Assembly (NCBI GenBank): GCA_048938005.1
Contig: JBHLMQ010000010.1
Location: 32,001 to 96,000, forward strand
Length of the DNA stretch: 64,000 bases
DNA from: Promethearchaeota archaeon
GTDB lineage: Archaea > Asgardarchaeota > Lokiarchaeia > Sigyniarchaeales > SOKP01
Direction of reading: 5' to 3'
Part shown: positions 11,095 to 21,478 of the stretch, piece by piece
Layout of the letters: every line of letters starts with the position of its first letter
Position numbering within the stretch: position 1 is the stretch's first letter
Position numbers and translations under genes: made by a program
Notes under the pieces: model-generated
Seen by the model: the letters and a program-made list of their open reading frames with translations, nothing else
What the model was told of the DNA's origin: nothing
The model's database searches: none

Positions 11095-11154
11095 ATGAAA
11101 GCGATTTTATGCACTAAATATGGACCACTAGAAGTTCTCCAGCTTAAAGAATAG
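11095..11154 (+). pseudogene. Relic 5' end of an MDR-family (Zn-ADH/NADPH:quinone reductase) gene
   Basis: Translates MKAILCTKYGPLEVLQLKE*, matching the MDR N-terminal pattern MKAI...YG.PEVLQLKEV; no continuation downstream. Confidence 0.7.
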
Positions 11155-11228
11155 AAAAAGAAAAATAAATTAGGAGATTCCCTATGACTAATTGATTTCT
11201 TATTAAAAACAGAAAAAGTAAGAAATAA

Positions 11229-13226
11229 TTATTGAAGCTTATCCTTCATTTCCATATAGAAGTCAAGGGATTCCGGATTTCTTAGAGCACCCCGATTTGC
11301 TACTCCCATTCCATGGATAATTTTAGTTACAGCGATTTCAACTTTTTTGTTGCTAAATGTATATGGAATGCCATCTTTAGGAGCTTGGAATATGAGCTTA
11401 GGAACATGCCTTGGTGAGGTCTTTTCACGTAAAGTCTGTCGGATTTTTGCTTGTAACTCGTCGGTTAATTCATATCCTTCATTAATTAATACGAACATAA
11501 TAATTCGGATATCTCCAGCGAACTTTTGCCCAATGACTAAGGAATCTGCAATTTCAGGAAGTTGTTCTACTACGTTATAGATTTCAGCAGTGCCAATCCT
11601 AACACCCGAAGGTTTTAAAACTGCATCAGATCGACCCCAGAAAGTAATTCCACCAGTATCGCTATGAATAACGATATAATCACCGTGTCTCCAAACATTT
11701 TTACCGGTATCTTTAAAATGATCAAAATAGGCAGCTTTATATTTTGTCATATTATCATCATCACCCCAGAAATATACTGGCATGGAAGGTGCAGGTGCTT
11801 CACAAACGAGCTCAGCTTGTTCATCTTCTACTGGTTCTGCGTTATCATTATAAGATTCAACTTTCATTGCGAGCGCTCTCCCTTGTAATTCACCAGAAAA
11901 TACAGGTAAGATTGGAATGGCACTTGCAAAACAACCATTAATATCAGTACCACCACTTATTGAGTTAAAGTATAAATCCTTTTTGATTTCCTGGTATACA
12001 TATTCAAATCCTTCTGGAGATAAAGTAGATGCCGTTTGTGAGATTTCTCTTAGGGTATTTAAATTGTATTTTTCGGCAGGCTTAAGTTCAAGACCCATAA
12101 GATAATGAATATAAGCTGCACTTGTACCAAAAATCGAAATTTTATGTTTTTCTATTAATTCAAAAAATCTTAAAGGATCAGGATAAAGAGGATTACCATC
12201 ATAAATAAAGATGGTTGCACCAACTGCTAAGGCACTAATCAACCAATTCCACATCATCCAACTTGGAGCGGTGATGTAATTAATTACATCACTCCTTTTA
12301 CAATCAGTAGAAAGTATTAGCTCCTTTAAATGATTAATAAGAACGCCACCACCACTTTGTACCATACACTTTGGTTTTCCTGTCGTTCCAGAAGAGAACA
12401 TAACGTATACAGGATGGTCAAAAGGTAATTGCTCAAATTCAAATCCAGGATCTTCTTCCTTGGAAATGAAATCTTCCCAATTTACTGCCTTAGGAATACC
12501 ATTGACATCTGCTTTACCGTCAGAAATATATGAAACAACGATAACTTTTTCAATTGAAGGAATGGCATTAACTACAGATTTAACATTCTCCCTGATGTCG
12601 AATTCTTTACCTCTGTAATAATACCCATCGACAGTAAAGAGTATTTTAGGTTCAATTTGACTAAATCTATCAATGACTGCACTAGATTGAAGTTCGGCCC
12701 CGCAAGATGCCCAAATTGCTCCAATAGCGGTTGCTGCGAGCATTGCGGTTGGGGTTTCAATCAGATTTGGAATATAAGATACAACTCTATCACCAACCTT
12801 TATTCCAATTTCTTTTAGAGATTTTGCTAAGCGAGCTACAGTTTTATTTAACTCGGCATATGTAATTTGTTTTGATATCTTAGTTTCGCCCTGAAATATA
12901 AAAGCTAATTGGTCGTCTTTATACTTCAGAAGGTTTTCTGCAAAATTGAGAAGACTTCCTTCAAACCATATTGCGCCTGGAAAATGATTGAGATCATCAA
13001 TTACTCTGTCATATTTCTTGGAATAGATTATACCCGTAAATTCCCACATTGCTTCCCAGAAATTTGGGATCTCTTCAACCGACCAATTATATAACTCTTT
13101 CCCGCCTTGGATATTTTTCCCATATTTTTCATTAACAAATTTAATAAACCGTGTACTTTCCGCATTCTTTATCCACTCTTCTGAGGGTTCCCAGAGTTTT
13201 TTTCTTACATCACTCATTATTTTCAC
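11229..13226 (-). CDS. Acetoacetate-CoA ligase (acetoacetyl-CoA synthetase)
   Basis: WFEGSLLNFAENLL, FSSGTTGKPKC, SISGGTD, GRSDAVLKPSGVRIGTAEIY, SPRHVP, NKKVE. Confidence 0.9.
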   Translation of the reverse strand: MKIMSDVRKKLWEPSEEWIKNAESTRFIKFVNEKYGKNIQGGKELYNWSVEEIPNFWEAMWEFTGIIYSKKYDRVIDDLNHFPGAIWFEGSLLNFAENLLKYKDDQLAFIFQGETKISKQITYAELNKTVARLAKSLKEIGIKVGDRVVSYIPNLIETPTAMLAATAIGAIWASCGAELQSSAVIDRFSQIEPKILFTVDGYYYRGKEFDIRENVKSVVNAIPSIEKVIVVSYISDGKADVNGIPKAVNWEDFISKEEDPGFEFEQLPFDHPVYVMFSSGTTGKPKCMVQSGGGVLINHLKELILSTDCKRSDVINYITAPSWMMWNWLISALAVGATIFIYDGNPLYPDPLRFFELIEKHKISIFGTSAAYIHYLMGLELKPAEKYNLNTLREISQTASTLSPEGFEYVYQEIKKDLYFNSISGGTDINGCFASAIPILPVFSGELQGRALAMKVESYNDNAEPVEDEQAELVCEAPAPSMPVYFWGDDDNMTKYKAAYFDHFKDTGKNVWRHGDYIVIHSDTGGITFWGRSDAVLKPSGVRIGTAEIYNVVEQLPEIADSLVIGQKFAGDIRIIMFVLINEGYELTDELQAKIRQTLREKTSPRHVPKLIFQAPKDGIPYTFSNKKVEIAVTKIIHGMGVANRGALRNPESLDFYMEMKDKLQ

Positions 13227-13379
13227 AAATTATACTTATTAAATCATTCTCGAAAACTGAATTAAAAAATATTTGAATATAGTATATATTAATAGTATCA
13301 CATAATAGTCGATATAATAAGAATTAAACGTTTAGAATAAAAATAATATTTTGACCTTTTCCAATCTATAACCTTTAAT

Positions 13380-14861
13380 TCAAGAAACCTTTTTTCTATA
13401 TTCTACATATTCACATATTTTTGCTAGAGCATTTACAGGTCTATCCCATAATTTGAACAGCAAAGCTCTATTTTTTCTTAGTCGTTTTGACCAAGGACTG
13501 TTAAAATTCATGGGATTTACATATAATATTGGTATTGAAAATTTTTGAGAGTTGTTCATTGTTGGTTGGAGTAATTTCTGAGCTAATCTATCTATAATTT
13601 CATCAGGCTGATGTTGGAATTCAGCATGTTTTGCTATTTGATCGTATTTAAGATATTCATCCAAAACTTCTTGGAAGCCCACTACTCCATATTGAATAAT
13701 TGCGTCAATTTCTCCTGATTTCATCAATATTTCAGGCAATGTAATATAAAAGTAAGGTAAATTCATATCAAATGTACAATCTATAGGATTTTCGAAAGTC
13801 GCAGTTGGAGGCAAAACGCTTTTTAATTCTTTTTGGAGAGATCCTGAGAATTCTGGAACAATTAGACCATGATTTTCAGCATTATTGGCCACCATTGCTC
13901 CTGGACCCCCCGAATTTGTTATAATTCCAAGTCGATTTCCTTTAGGTATTATCCCTTTTGAAAAAATAAGAGCAATATCTAAAAATTCTTGAACGTAATC
14001 CGTTTTAATAATACCAGTCTCTTTAAAAAGACCTTCATATATCTTAGAATGTCCTGCTATAGATCCTGTATGACTTTGTAATGCACGATTACCTGCCTTT
14101 GAACCGCCTACATAAATTGCGATTATTGGTTTTTTCGGAGTAATACTTTTCACTAATTCTAAGAATTTTTTCCCCCTTTTTATTTCCTCAATATATAATC
14201 CGATTATTTCAGTATATTCATCGTTCTTATAATACTCTAAACAATCTACAATATCAACATTTGCCTCATTTCCAACAGATAAAGATCTACTCAGCCCTAA
14301 ATCTAAATTCTCAGGATCATACCATATATGACATGAAAGCGTACCAGATTGAGATGCTATTGAGAATTTACTCCTTTTAAGATTTTCCCAGATATAGATA
14401 TTAAAGGATTTATTTTCTTCTTCTGGTCCAAACCAATTATTATAAATTCCCAAACAATTAGGACCAATAAATCTAATCCCATATTCTTCAGCAATATTAT
14501 TGATTTCTTCAGTTAGGGTATTTTTACGGTCTCCAATTAATTCACGAAAGCCTCCAGAAATTAAAACTATCCTTTTAACTCCTTTTTTTCCACACTCCTT
14601 AAAAATTTGGGGTACAATATTAGCAGGGAGGACAATAACTACAAGATCGGGAACCTCGGGTACATCTGCGATATATTTATAAGCCTGGAATCCCATTACT
14701 GCTTCTAATTTTAAATGTATTGGATATACATTCCCATCATATCCAGATTTAATTAAATTCATAATCTGAAGACCTGCTAATGAATTACCCTTGTTATTAG
14801 CTCCATAAATAGCGACGCTTTTCGGATGTAAAAATCCATGTAAGAAGTGAGATTCATTCAT
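13380..14861 (-). CDS. ADP-forming acyl-CoA synthetase, alpha subunit (CoA-binding)
   Basis: PKSVAIYGA, IGPNCLG, SQSG, SVGNEA, phospho-His motif SHTGSIAG, TNSGG, NPID. Confidence 0.9.
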   Translation of the reverse strand: MNESHFLHGFLHPKSVAIYGANNKGNSLAGLQIMNLIKSGYDGNVYPIHLKLEAVMGFQAYKYIADVPEVPDLVVIVLPANIVPQIFKECGKKGVKRIVLISGGFRELIGDRKNTLTEEINNIAEEYGIRFIGPNCLGIYNNWFGPEEENKSFNIYIWENLKRSKFSIASQSGTLSCHIWYDPENLDLGLSRSLSVGNEANVDIVDCLEYYKNDEYTEIIGLYIEEIKRGKKFLELVKSITPKKPIIAIYVGGSKAGNRALQSHTGSIAGHSKIYEGLFKETGIIKTDYVQEFLDIALIFSKGIIPKGNRLGIITNSGGPGAMVANNAENHGLIVPEFSGSLQKELKSVLPPTATFENPIDCTFDMNLPYFYITLPEILMKSGEIDAIIQYGVVGFQEVLDEYLKYDQIAKHAEFQHQPDEIIDRLAQKLLQPTMNNSQKFSIPILYVNPMNFNSPWSKRLRKNRALLFKLWDRPVNALAKICEYVEYRKKVS

Positions 14862-14982
14862 AAATATTCCCTTATATCAAAAAATATTGCATGATTTTAA
14901 AACCTAAATTTTTAAATAAATAAAAAGAAATATAAAAATCTAAGATTTTCAAAAAAAGTCATATTAATGAATCCTAAATGAA

Positions 14983-16332
14983 CTACTTAACTTTTCCCTT
15001 AAAACATAAGATCAATAACTCCTTCATCTTTCTTTTTATAAGAGAAAATAAATGAATTATATTACGCAAAAATATACCTGTTTCTCCCAAAGCTAATAAA
15101 GAATAAAAAAACGCTCCTGAAAATAAATATTTTACAGTATCTAAAAATGATTTTTGCTTTTTATAATTCTTCTTTGTATAAACCTTCTCAAATTGAGCTA
15201 CTATATTATCAATATGTGTATAATCTTTTATTTCACTTGAGATATTCTTAAAATCATTCTTTTTTAATAATAATTCAATTTGTGAAGCATATCCTTTTGG
15301 ATTACTACTATTGACAATTATTCCATTTAATCCATGCTTAACAAAATCAGTAGCGCCTGATTTCTTGTCAATTATTACAGGAGTATCGTGGCTTAATGCT
15401 TCTGCAACACAATTATTAAAAGTATCATATATTGCAGGACTAACGAATATATCAGCTTTATGATAATACTTAGTTAGTTTCTCTTTACTAACTATTCCTG
15501 TAAATTTAATTTTATTAGAAACTCCTTCTTTTATTGCTAGTTCTTGAAGAAGACTTCTGTTGGATCCATCACTTGTGATAATGCATTTAAAATCAGTTTT
15601 AACACATTTTAAAGCTTTGATTAAAACATCAACTCTTTTTTCAGGGCTTAATCTGCCAACATGTAATATTAAAGGAATTTCATTCTTCTTCTTAGTCTTT
15701 TTATATATACCTAAGTCTATAGGATTAGGAACTACAAAAATTTTTTCTCGATGAATACCATTATTAATTAAAATCTTTTTGGAAAAATTACTAGGAGTAG
15801 TTATCCAAGTACCAATATTATGATATGAAAGCCACCACCAGACTAACTTTTTACTAATTTTGCTTAATAAATCTAGAAATTTGGATTTATGAGCTAATCT
15901 CAAAGCTCTTGATTTTTCATAATATGTTGACTTCAACTGATCTGTATGTATTTCTAAATATTGAGGGAGTAATGTATGAAATGTAGAGATTAATGGAATT
16001 TTCTTTAATCTGCTTAATATTAATGCACTTAATCCCATTGATAAATGTGAATTTGAGTGTATTACATCAAAATCTACTTTCTTAGCAATCTTAAATACTC
16101 TTCTAATAGGTACTGTATATCTCATCATATAATCTTCATAAAACCTAAAAATTCGCCCTTGGAATTTATGAATTATAACACCCTCAATTATTTCATCAGA
16201 GTTTTTATCTGATAATGCAAAAATATGAACAGTATTGCCTGCTTTTTTAAGTCCCTTTGATATTCTCCATACAGCATCTACAATACCATTTGTACAGGGC
16301 ATAAATGTGTCTGTGAATATTGCAACTTTCAT
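14983..16332 (-). CDS. GT4 (GT-B) glycosyltransferase
   Basis: MKVAIFTDTFMP..NG, TFHT, VGRLSPEK, DTFNNCVAEAL. Confidence 0.9.
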   Translation of the reverse strand: MKVAIFTDTFMPCTNGIVDAVWRISKGLKKAGNTVHIFALSDKNSDEIIEGVIIHKFQGRIFRFYEDYMMRYTVPIRRVFKIAKKVDFDVIHSNSHLSMGLSALILSRLKKIPLISTFHTLLPQYLEIHTDQLKSTYYEKSRALRLAHKSKFLDLLSKISKKLVWWWLSYHNIGTWITTPSNFSKKILINNGIHREKIFVVPNPIDLGIYKKTKKKNEIPLILHVGRLSPEKRVDVLIKALKCVKTDFKCIITSDGSNRSLLQELAIKEGVSNKIKFTGIVSKEKLTKYYHKADIFVSPAIYDTFNNCVAEALSHDTPVIIDKKSGATDFVKHGLNGIIVNSSNPKGYASQIELLLKKNDFKNISSEIKDYTHIDNIVAQFEKVYTKKNYKKQKSFLDTVKYLFSGAFFYSLLALGETGIFLRNIIHLFSLIKRKMKELLILCFKGKVK

Positions 16333-16415
16333 TATAATCTTATATTATAAGTTTTTTATAAAGATATCTTTTGTGTAGAATGTATATATTTATATAATCT
16401 AATTTTTAATTTAGT

Positions 16416-17603
16416 ATGGTAAAAATATTTGAAGGATTAAGAATCCTTGATTGTTCACAATTTATCTCTGGCCCTTGGACTAGTACCTTTTTCGCAGATC
16501 AAGGCGCAGAAGTAATAAAAGTTGAACCTCCGCCTTTTGGTGAGGCATTCCGTTTATTTAATCTTTATGATAAAACAATATTTCCCTTATTTTGCATTTT
16601 AAATCGAGGAAAAAAATCTATATCACTCGATTTAAGAAGGGAGGAAGCAAAAGAGATTTTCAAGAAATTAATAGAAAAATCAGATGTTCTTGTAGAAAAC
16701 TTTGTAAAAGGTACAATGGAAAAATGGGGATTAGGGTATGAAATATTAAAGGAAATTAACCCGAAGTTAATATACGCAAAGATCTCTGGTTTCGGTAATG
16801 AGGGATTAGACAAATATACTAAAAAAACGGCTTTCGATATAATTATCCAAGCGCAAGCAGGAATTCTTGATGCATTAAACATAAAGGAGGGACCCCCTAG
16901 ATTACCTATAGCAGATTACACAGCAGGTCATATATGTGCCATTGGAATAAGTCAGGCATTATACCATAGAGAAAGAACGGGTAACGGTCAATTTATTGAT
17001 ATATCTATGCATGATGTCATGTTTTCTATAAACATTAGGGCTCAAGTCAAGGAGTTTATGCCACTTGCTAAAATGGAAATAGGTTCTAAATTTTTGCCTG
17101 TATATAACCAGTACCATTGTAAAGATGGATTAATTGCCATGACCACTCTTACAGAAAATCAATGGAAGAGATTATGTGAAAATGTTTTAAGAAAACCAGA
17201 ACTAATAAAGGATCCTCGTTTTGATAACCCAATTAAACGCTTTGATTATGTAGAATTACTTGATAAAATAATAGAAGAATGGAGTAATCCATTAAGTCGA
17301 GCAGAAGCTATAGAGCAATTAGAAGCGGTAAGAATACCTTGTGGGGAAACTTATACTATGGAGGAAGTACATTCACATCCAAATCTTAAAGAAAGAAGTA
17401 TGCTGTGTGATCAATTTGATTTCTCTAAATGGGGAGTTAAAAAAGCTACGATCCCTAATCGCTTGATAAATTTTTCAGATACGATAGGTTCCGTTGAGGC
17501 TTCAGGGCCTGAATTTGGAGCTCATAATGAAGAAATTTATTGTGATCTACTTGGGTATCATAAAGAAGAACTTAAACGTTGGAGACAAAAAAAGTTAATA
17601 TAA
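16416..17603 (+). CDS. CoA-transferase family III (CaiB/BaiF)
   Basis: GLRILD, ADQGAEVIKVEPP, NRGKKSISLDL, DVLVENF, catalytic Asp region PIADY. Confidence 0.92.
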   Translation: MVKIFEGLRILDCSQFISGPWTSTFFADQGAEVIKVEPPPFGEAFRLFNLYDKTIFPLFCILNRGKKSISLDLRREEAKEIFKKLIEKSDVLVENFVKGTMEKWGLGYEILKEINPKLIYAKISGFGNEGLDKYTKKTAFDIIIQAQAGILDALNIKEGPPRLPIADYTAGHICAIGISQALYHRERTGNGQFIDISMHDVMFSINIRAQVKEFMPLAKMEIGSKFLPVYNQYHCKDGLIAMTTLTENQWKRLCENVLRKPELIKDPRFDNPIKRFDYVELLDKIIEEWSNPLSRAEAIEQLEAVRIPCGETYTMEEVHSHPNLKERSMLCDQFDFSKWGVKKATIPNRLINFSDTIGSVEASGPEFGAHNEEIYCDLLGYHKEELKRWRQKKLI

Positions 17604-17666
17604 TATAGTATATGGATTTTAATATTTAAAAGAATTATTTTACTAAAAAAAAAAAGGTAAATAAAA

Positions 17667-17963
17667 ATGAGTGATGAAGGAGAAGAAAAAGAAAATTTCA
17701 TAGAAAAACTGAATAAATCTTTTACTGACTTCTTTGGAAATATTTTCGGTGAAAGTGGAAAAGATTTTTTTGAAGAAACTTCCGAAAAAATCAAAGATTT
17801 CTCTTCTGAGGCTATAAAGAAAATAATGGAATTTAGCGATGATGCTCTTGAAAAACTTAATTTAAATGAAAATGAACAAGTAATAAAAGCTCGTGACAGC
17901 ATAGAAGATATGTTAAAACAAGCAGGTCTCTTGAAAGAAGACGAAGAAGAAGAGGAATTTTAA
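17667..17963 (+). CDS. Small acidic helical hypothetical protein
   Basis: 98 aa ORF with ATG and a Glu-rich tail; family not recognised. Confidence 0.65.
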   Translation: MSDEGEEKENFIEKLNKSFTDFFGNIFGESGKDFFEETSEKIKDFSSEAIKKIMEFSDDALEKLNLNENEQVIKARDSIEDMLKQAGLLKEDEEEEEF

Positions 17964-18046
17964 TTAGAAATTTAACATTTAGAATTCAAATTTTATTCTA
18001 TACTCTATTTATTTTAATTTTAAGAATTTATTCTTAGAAAAGGAAG

Positions 18047-18289
18047 TTATAGGACATCCGCATTTTTTAAAAAAGATTTAATTTCTTCTTGAGTTGCATT
18101 GAAAAGTTCTGATAAAACCATTAAAGATGTTTGTTCATCCATTCCGGCGCCCGTATAATCTTGATATAATTGAATCCACGTTTCTTTCTGGATATATTTA
18201 TCTAGATGTTCTTTTTGAATATGTTGCCAATAAGGATGTTGCAACTCAACACCGCAGTATGGGCAAAAACGAGATTCTTCTTCACTCAT
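18047..18289 (-). CDS. Small C2H2-type zinc-finger protein
   Basis: CPYC..x..HIQKEH followed by a helical domain. Confidence 0.7.
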   Translation of the reverse strand: MSEEESRFCPYCGVELQHPYWQHIQKEHLDKYIQKETWIQLYQDYTGAGMDEQTSLMVLSELFNATQEEIKSFLKNADVL

Positions 18290-18421
18290 ATAATTATTCC
18301 CTTACCTTTTTTATCACTTAATTTTTTTTCTGAATAATTTTAATAAACCAATATTAGTATAAAAAATTTTTAATTTCAAAAAGTTAAAAAATGAGTATTT
18401 AGAGATTTTTTTTAGAATATT

Positions 18422-18949
18422 TTATGCCCATTTTTTTTTCAATTCGGAAGCTGTCAGTTTTCTTATTTGATCTATAGCAAAAATTACATATTTATAGCAT
18501 TGTCTTTCCCAAACCTTATTACTAAGATACTCATTCACTGAATTTAAATCATTAAAATCTGTACCGCATAATTCTTGACATGATACAGACCCGAATTCTT
18601 TTTCAAAATAATGAGTAAAAATTGCTGCTTTTTGATAGGTTTTCAAATGGTCCTTAGGTTTAAGTCTTTTATGACCACCTAATATCACCCCTATTGCTGC
18701 ACACCCTCCACATACAGCACCACACGGCCCTTTCCAATTTTTTATTGATTTAAATCCTCCAAATCCTCCAGCAAGAGGAATTGCAAGATTGTTGAAGTAA
18801 AAACTATTTAAATCCGAAATTCCAAGTATATCTATAATATTTGTAAGCGTAAGAGCAGCACAATTTCTTCCTCCTTCTAACTTTGGTAATGTTTCTTCAA
18901 GTTTTTTAATTTTCTCTTCAAACTTGGAATCCAAATCTTTTTTTGCCAT
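18422..18949 (-). CDS. C-GCAxxG-C-C family putative redox protein
   Basis: NCA, GFGG, CGAVCG, FGSVSCQEL, terminal Cys; probable start MAKK at 18949. Confidence 0.85.
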   Translation of the reverse strand: MAKKDLDSKFEEKIKKLEETLPKLEGGRNCAALTLTNIIDILGISDLNSFYFNNLAIPLAGGFGGFKSIKNWKGPCGAVCGGCAAIGVILGGHKRLKPKDHLKTYQKAAIFTHYFEKEFGSVSCQELCGTDFNDLNSVNEYLSNKVWERQCYKYVIFAIDQIRKLTASELKKKWA

Positions 18950-19206
18950 TTTTATATTCAACTTTTTACTAATCTTGATTGAATAAAAAATGATATTAAA
19001 TAAAAATTTAGAGATCAACTATTTTTTTGAGCAAGAGATCTTTACCAATTCAATTTTTTTTGCAATAAGGGGATTTTAATCCTACTTCTCTTACTTATTT
19101 TTAGTGTAAATTACACTTTGTTTAAAATTAAATATGAAAACCTTTTTTATTTTCTTAATAGAATTTTCTTACATAATAAAAATTTAAATTCAATTCTGAC
19201 CTTAAA

Positions 19207-19653
19207 TTGAAAGAACTTTACGAGATTGGTTTTGTATTTCGTGGATTTGTCCTTGTGAACCATATCTTCAAACAATTACCAGTTCAAAAAGAACAAGGAA
19301 TAAATAAGGATCTTAGAGGTGCATTTATTTCTGCTATTAACACATTTGCCGATACGGCCTTCAATAAAAGTTCTTTAGAATATTTAGAGTCAGGAAATAT
19401 TCTATTTATCTTTAAAATATCTGAAATTCAATCAGAAGATAATCGTGATAAAGAACCAATAATTCTATATGGATTAGTTGATAAATCAAAAAAAAAATCC
19501 GATAAACTTGTTAGAAAATTTTTTGAAAAGGTTACCCCCATATTAGAATTGTTTGTTCAAAGATTCGATCAGGCAAATTTTACAGAATTAAATCAATTTG
19601 AACCTTTTAAGGATGTAATGCGGGAGTTTTTTATAAAAAAAATTCAAGAATAA
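19207..19653 (+). CDS. Stand-alone longin-domain protein
   Basis: beta-beta (EIGFVFRGFVLV), helix DLRGAFISAINTF, three strands, helix ending LELFVQRF, then QFEPFK: longin topology (sigma-adaptin/TRAPP-like). Confidence 0.65.
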   Translation: MKELYEIGFVFRGFVLVNHIFKQLPVQKEQGINKDLRGAFISAINTFADTAFNKSSLEYLESGNILFIFKISEIQSEDNRDKEPIILYGLVDKSKKKSDKLVRKFFEKVTPILELFVQRFDQANFTELNQFEPFKDVMREFFIKKIQE

Positions 19654-21324
19654 TTATTCAACTAAACTCCAACCCTTTGGTTTTGCACGAGAATATTGGA
19701 TTTTACCTTGTTCCTTTAATGAATTGATTTCTTTTTCAATCTCACTATTAGAAAAACCTTTTTCTTTGATATGATTAATAAATTGATCTTTAGTTGGGAC
19801 TATTTTCTGTTCCTTTAAATATTCAATTATTACATCAGTTAATGAGCCACCAGCGCTAACTTTTTCTTTTGAAACAATCTTTTTAGGCTTCTTCTCAAGA
19901 GCGGCTACCAATTTCTCTTTTACAGGTTCGACTGGTTTTTCAATAACTAATGGTTGTACTTTAGGTTTTGGTTGTTCCTCTACAATAACTTCGGCTTTAA
20001 CTTCTTTAGGCATTTCTTTCTGTATTTCTTCTTCTGGTAAGCTCCAAACGGGGTAACTAATCTTTTCATAAATAACTGATTTTTGCGTCTTTAAAAGTGT
20101 GAATTCTTCTAAGATTTCATCTTCAGAATACCCTAAGTCACTCAAATCTTTCATTAAATCTTTTAGATGCCCCTTTTCTTGTAAAATATTGAAAATGTGT
20201 TCTCTAATGTTTGTTGGAACATCTTTCACTTTCGCTAATTCTTTAATTAAATCCTCTTTTTTGGTAATCTTTGTTTCAGGGATTTTCATTTTTTGAGGAA
20301 TGTCAAGGGTTTGTTTTTGACCCCATTCAAAGTCAGTGATGTTATGGATTTTACGGTCATAGCCACCAAATACAATGTGTTTTATATTTTGCTCTTTCCC
20401 GAATATATAACACACATTTTTAATTGAAGTAGATACTTTAGTCTTCCATTTTAATTCAAATTCTTTAGAATCAAGGGATGGATTGTGAAAGACTTTTAAA
20501 GAACCATCAGCACAGCCAGCAACAATTTCATTAGCATTATCTCCATCTATATCTTCAATTAGCAACGAAAGTGGTCGTCCTTCTTCAGTATTAATCTCTT
20601 TTATAAGATCCCCTTCACTATTAAGGATCTTAATCGTTGAATCATCAGTACTCAGTAGAATTTCATGAAATCCATTATTAATTACATCTCCAATTTTTAT
20701 ATCATTAATCTGAAATTTAAAATCTCTCTGCCAAATAATATCTGGCATTTTATCCTCAAATTGAACTAATTGAACTACACCATTTTTAGTACCAACTAAT
20801 AACCCATAAATTGGTTCATCATTATCTGGTAATTGTAAGAAACCTAATGTGCAGGCTGTGACCCAAGAATCGTAATAAAGAACATAACTTGGCTTATTAG
20901 CCTTAATATCATCGAAAATTTTTAGAGTTTTATCATCACTCCCAAAAATAAGTTCAATATTTCCATCTCGAGTAAAATCTCCAGCAATACAACAATTTAT
21001 TCTTTTAGAGGATTTATATCGCATTAATCCTACAAGTTTTTTCTTTTCAACATTTAATTTTAAAACCATGAAATTACCATCACCAGCTCCAACTAGTACT
21101 TCATCGCAGCCATCTCCATCAATATCAATTGGATAACTACAACGACACCATCCATCAAAAGATCTATCATCAATAATGTCCTTCTTTTCATCCATTAGAT
21201 AAAGAGTCTTATCGTGTCCACCAAAAACTAGAAAAATCTTATCTTTACATTTCAATATGGAACACGTTAGCACCGCATCTGGACATTCAAACATCCAATT
21301 TAGTTGATAACGTTTTCTTATCAT
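19654..21324 (-). CDS. FG-GAP/VCBS-type beta-propeller with C-terminal winged-helix-like domain(s)
   Basis: Repeats DIDGDGCDEVLVG, GDFTRDGNIELIFGSDD, GDVINNGFHEILLSTDD, DIDGDNANEIVAG; no signal peptide; C-terminus EINSLKEQGKIQYSRAKPKGW. Confidence 0.75.
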   Translation of the reverse strand: MIRKRYQLNWMFECPDAVLTCSILKCKDKIFLVFGGHDKTLYLMDEKKDIIDDRSFDGWCRCSYPIDIDGDGCDEVLVGAGDGNFMVLKLNVEKKKLVGLMRYKSSKRINCCIAGDFTRDGNIELIFGSDDKTLKIFDDIKANKPSYVLYYDSWVTACTLGFLQLPDNDEPIYGLLVGTKNGVVQLVQFEDKMPDIIWQRDFKFQINDIKIGDVINNGFHEILLSTDDSTIKILNSEGDLIKEINTEEGRPLSLLIEDIDGDNANEIVAGCADGSLKVFHNPSLDSKEFELKWKTKVSTSIKNVCYIFGKEQNIKHIVFGGYDRKIHNITDFEWGQKQTLDIPQKMKIPETKITKKEDLIKELAKVKDVPTNIREHIFNILQEKGHLKDLMKDLSDLGYSEDEILEEFTLLKTQKSVIYEKISYPVWSLPEEEIQKEMPKEVKAEVIVEEQPKPKVQPLVIEKPVEPVKEKLVAALEKKPKKIVSKEKVSAGGSLTDVIIEYLKEQKIVPTKDQFINHIKEKGFSNSEIEKEINSLKEQGKIQYSRAKPKGWSLVE

Positions 21325-21478
21325 GGTTTTCGTAAAAATGTTATTTAAAGTATAAAAATTAATGAAAATAATTAAGTAAAATTTCTTTGTTTATTCTATT
21401 AATACTTATCACTGCATTTATTAAACTGTTACTGTAAATATAAAAAATAAAAAAAAAATAAAAAATACTTTTTAGATT

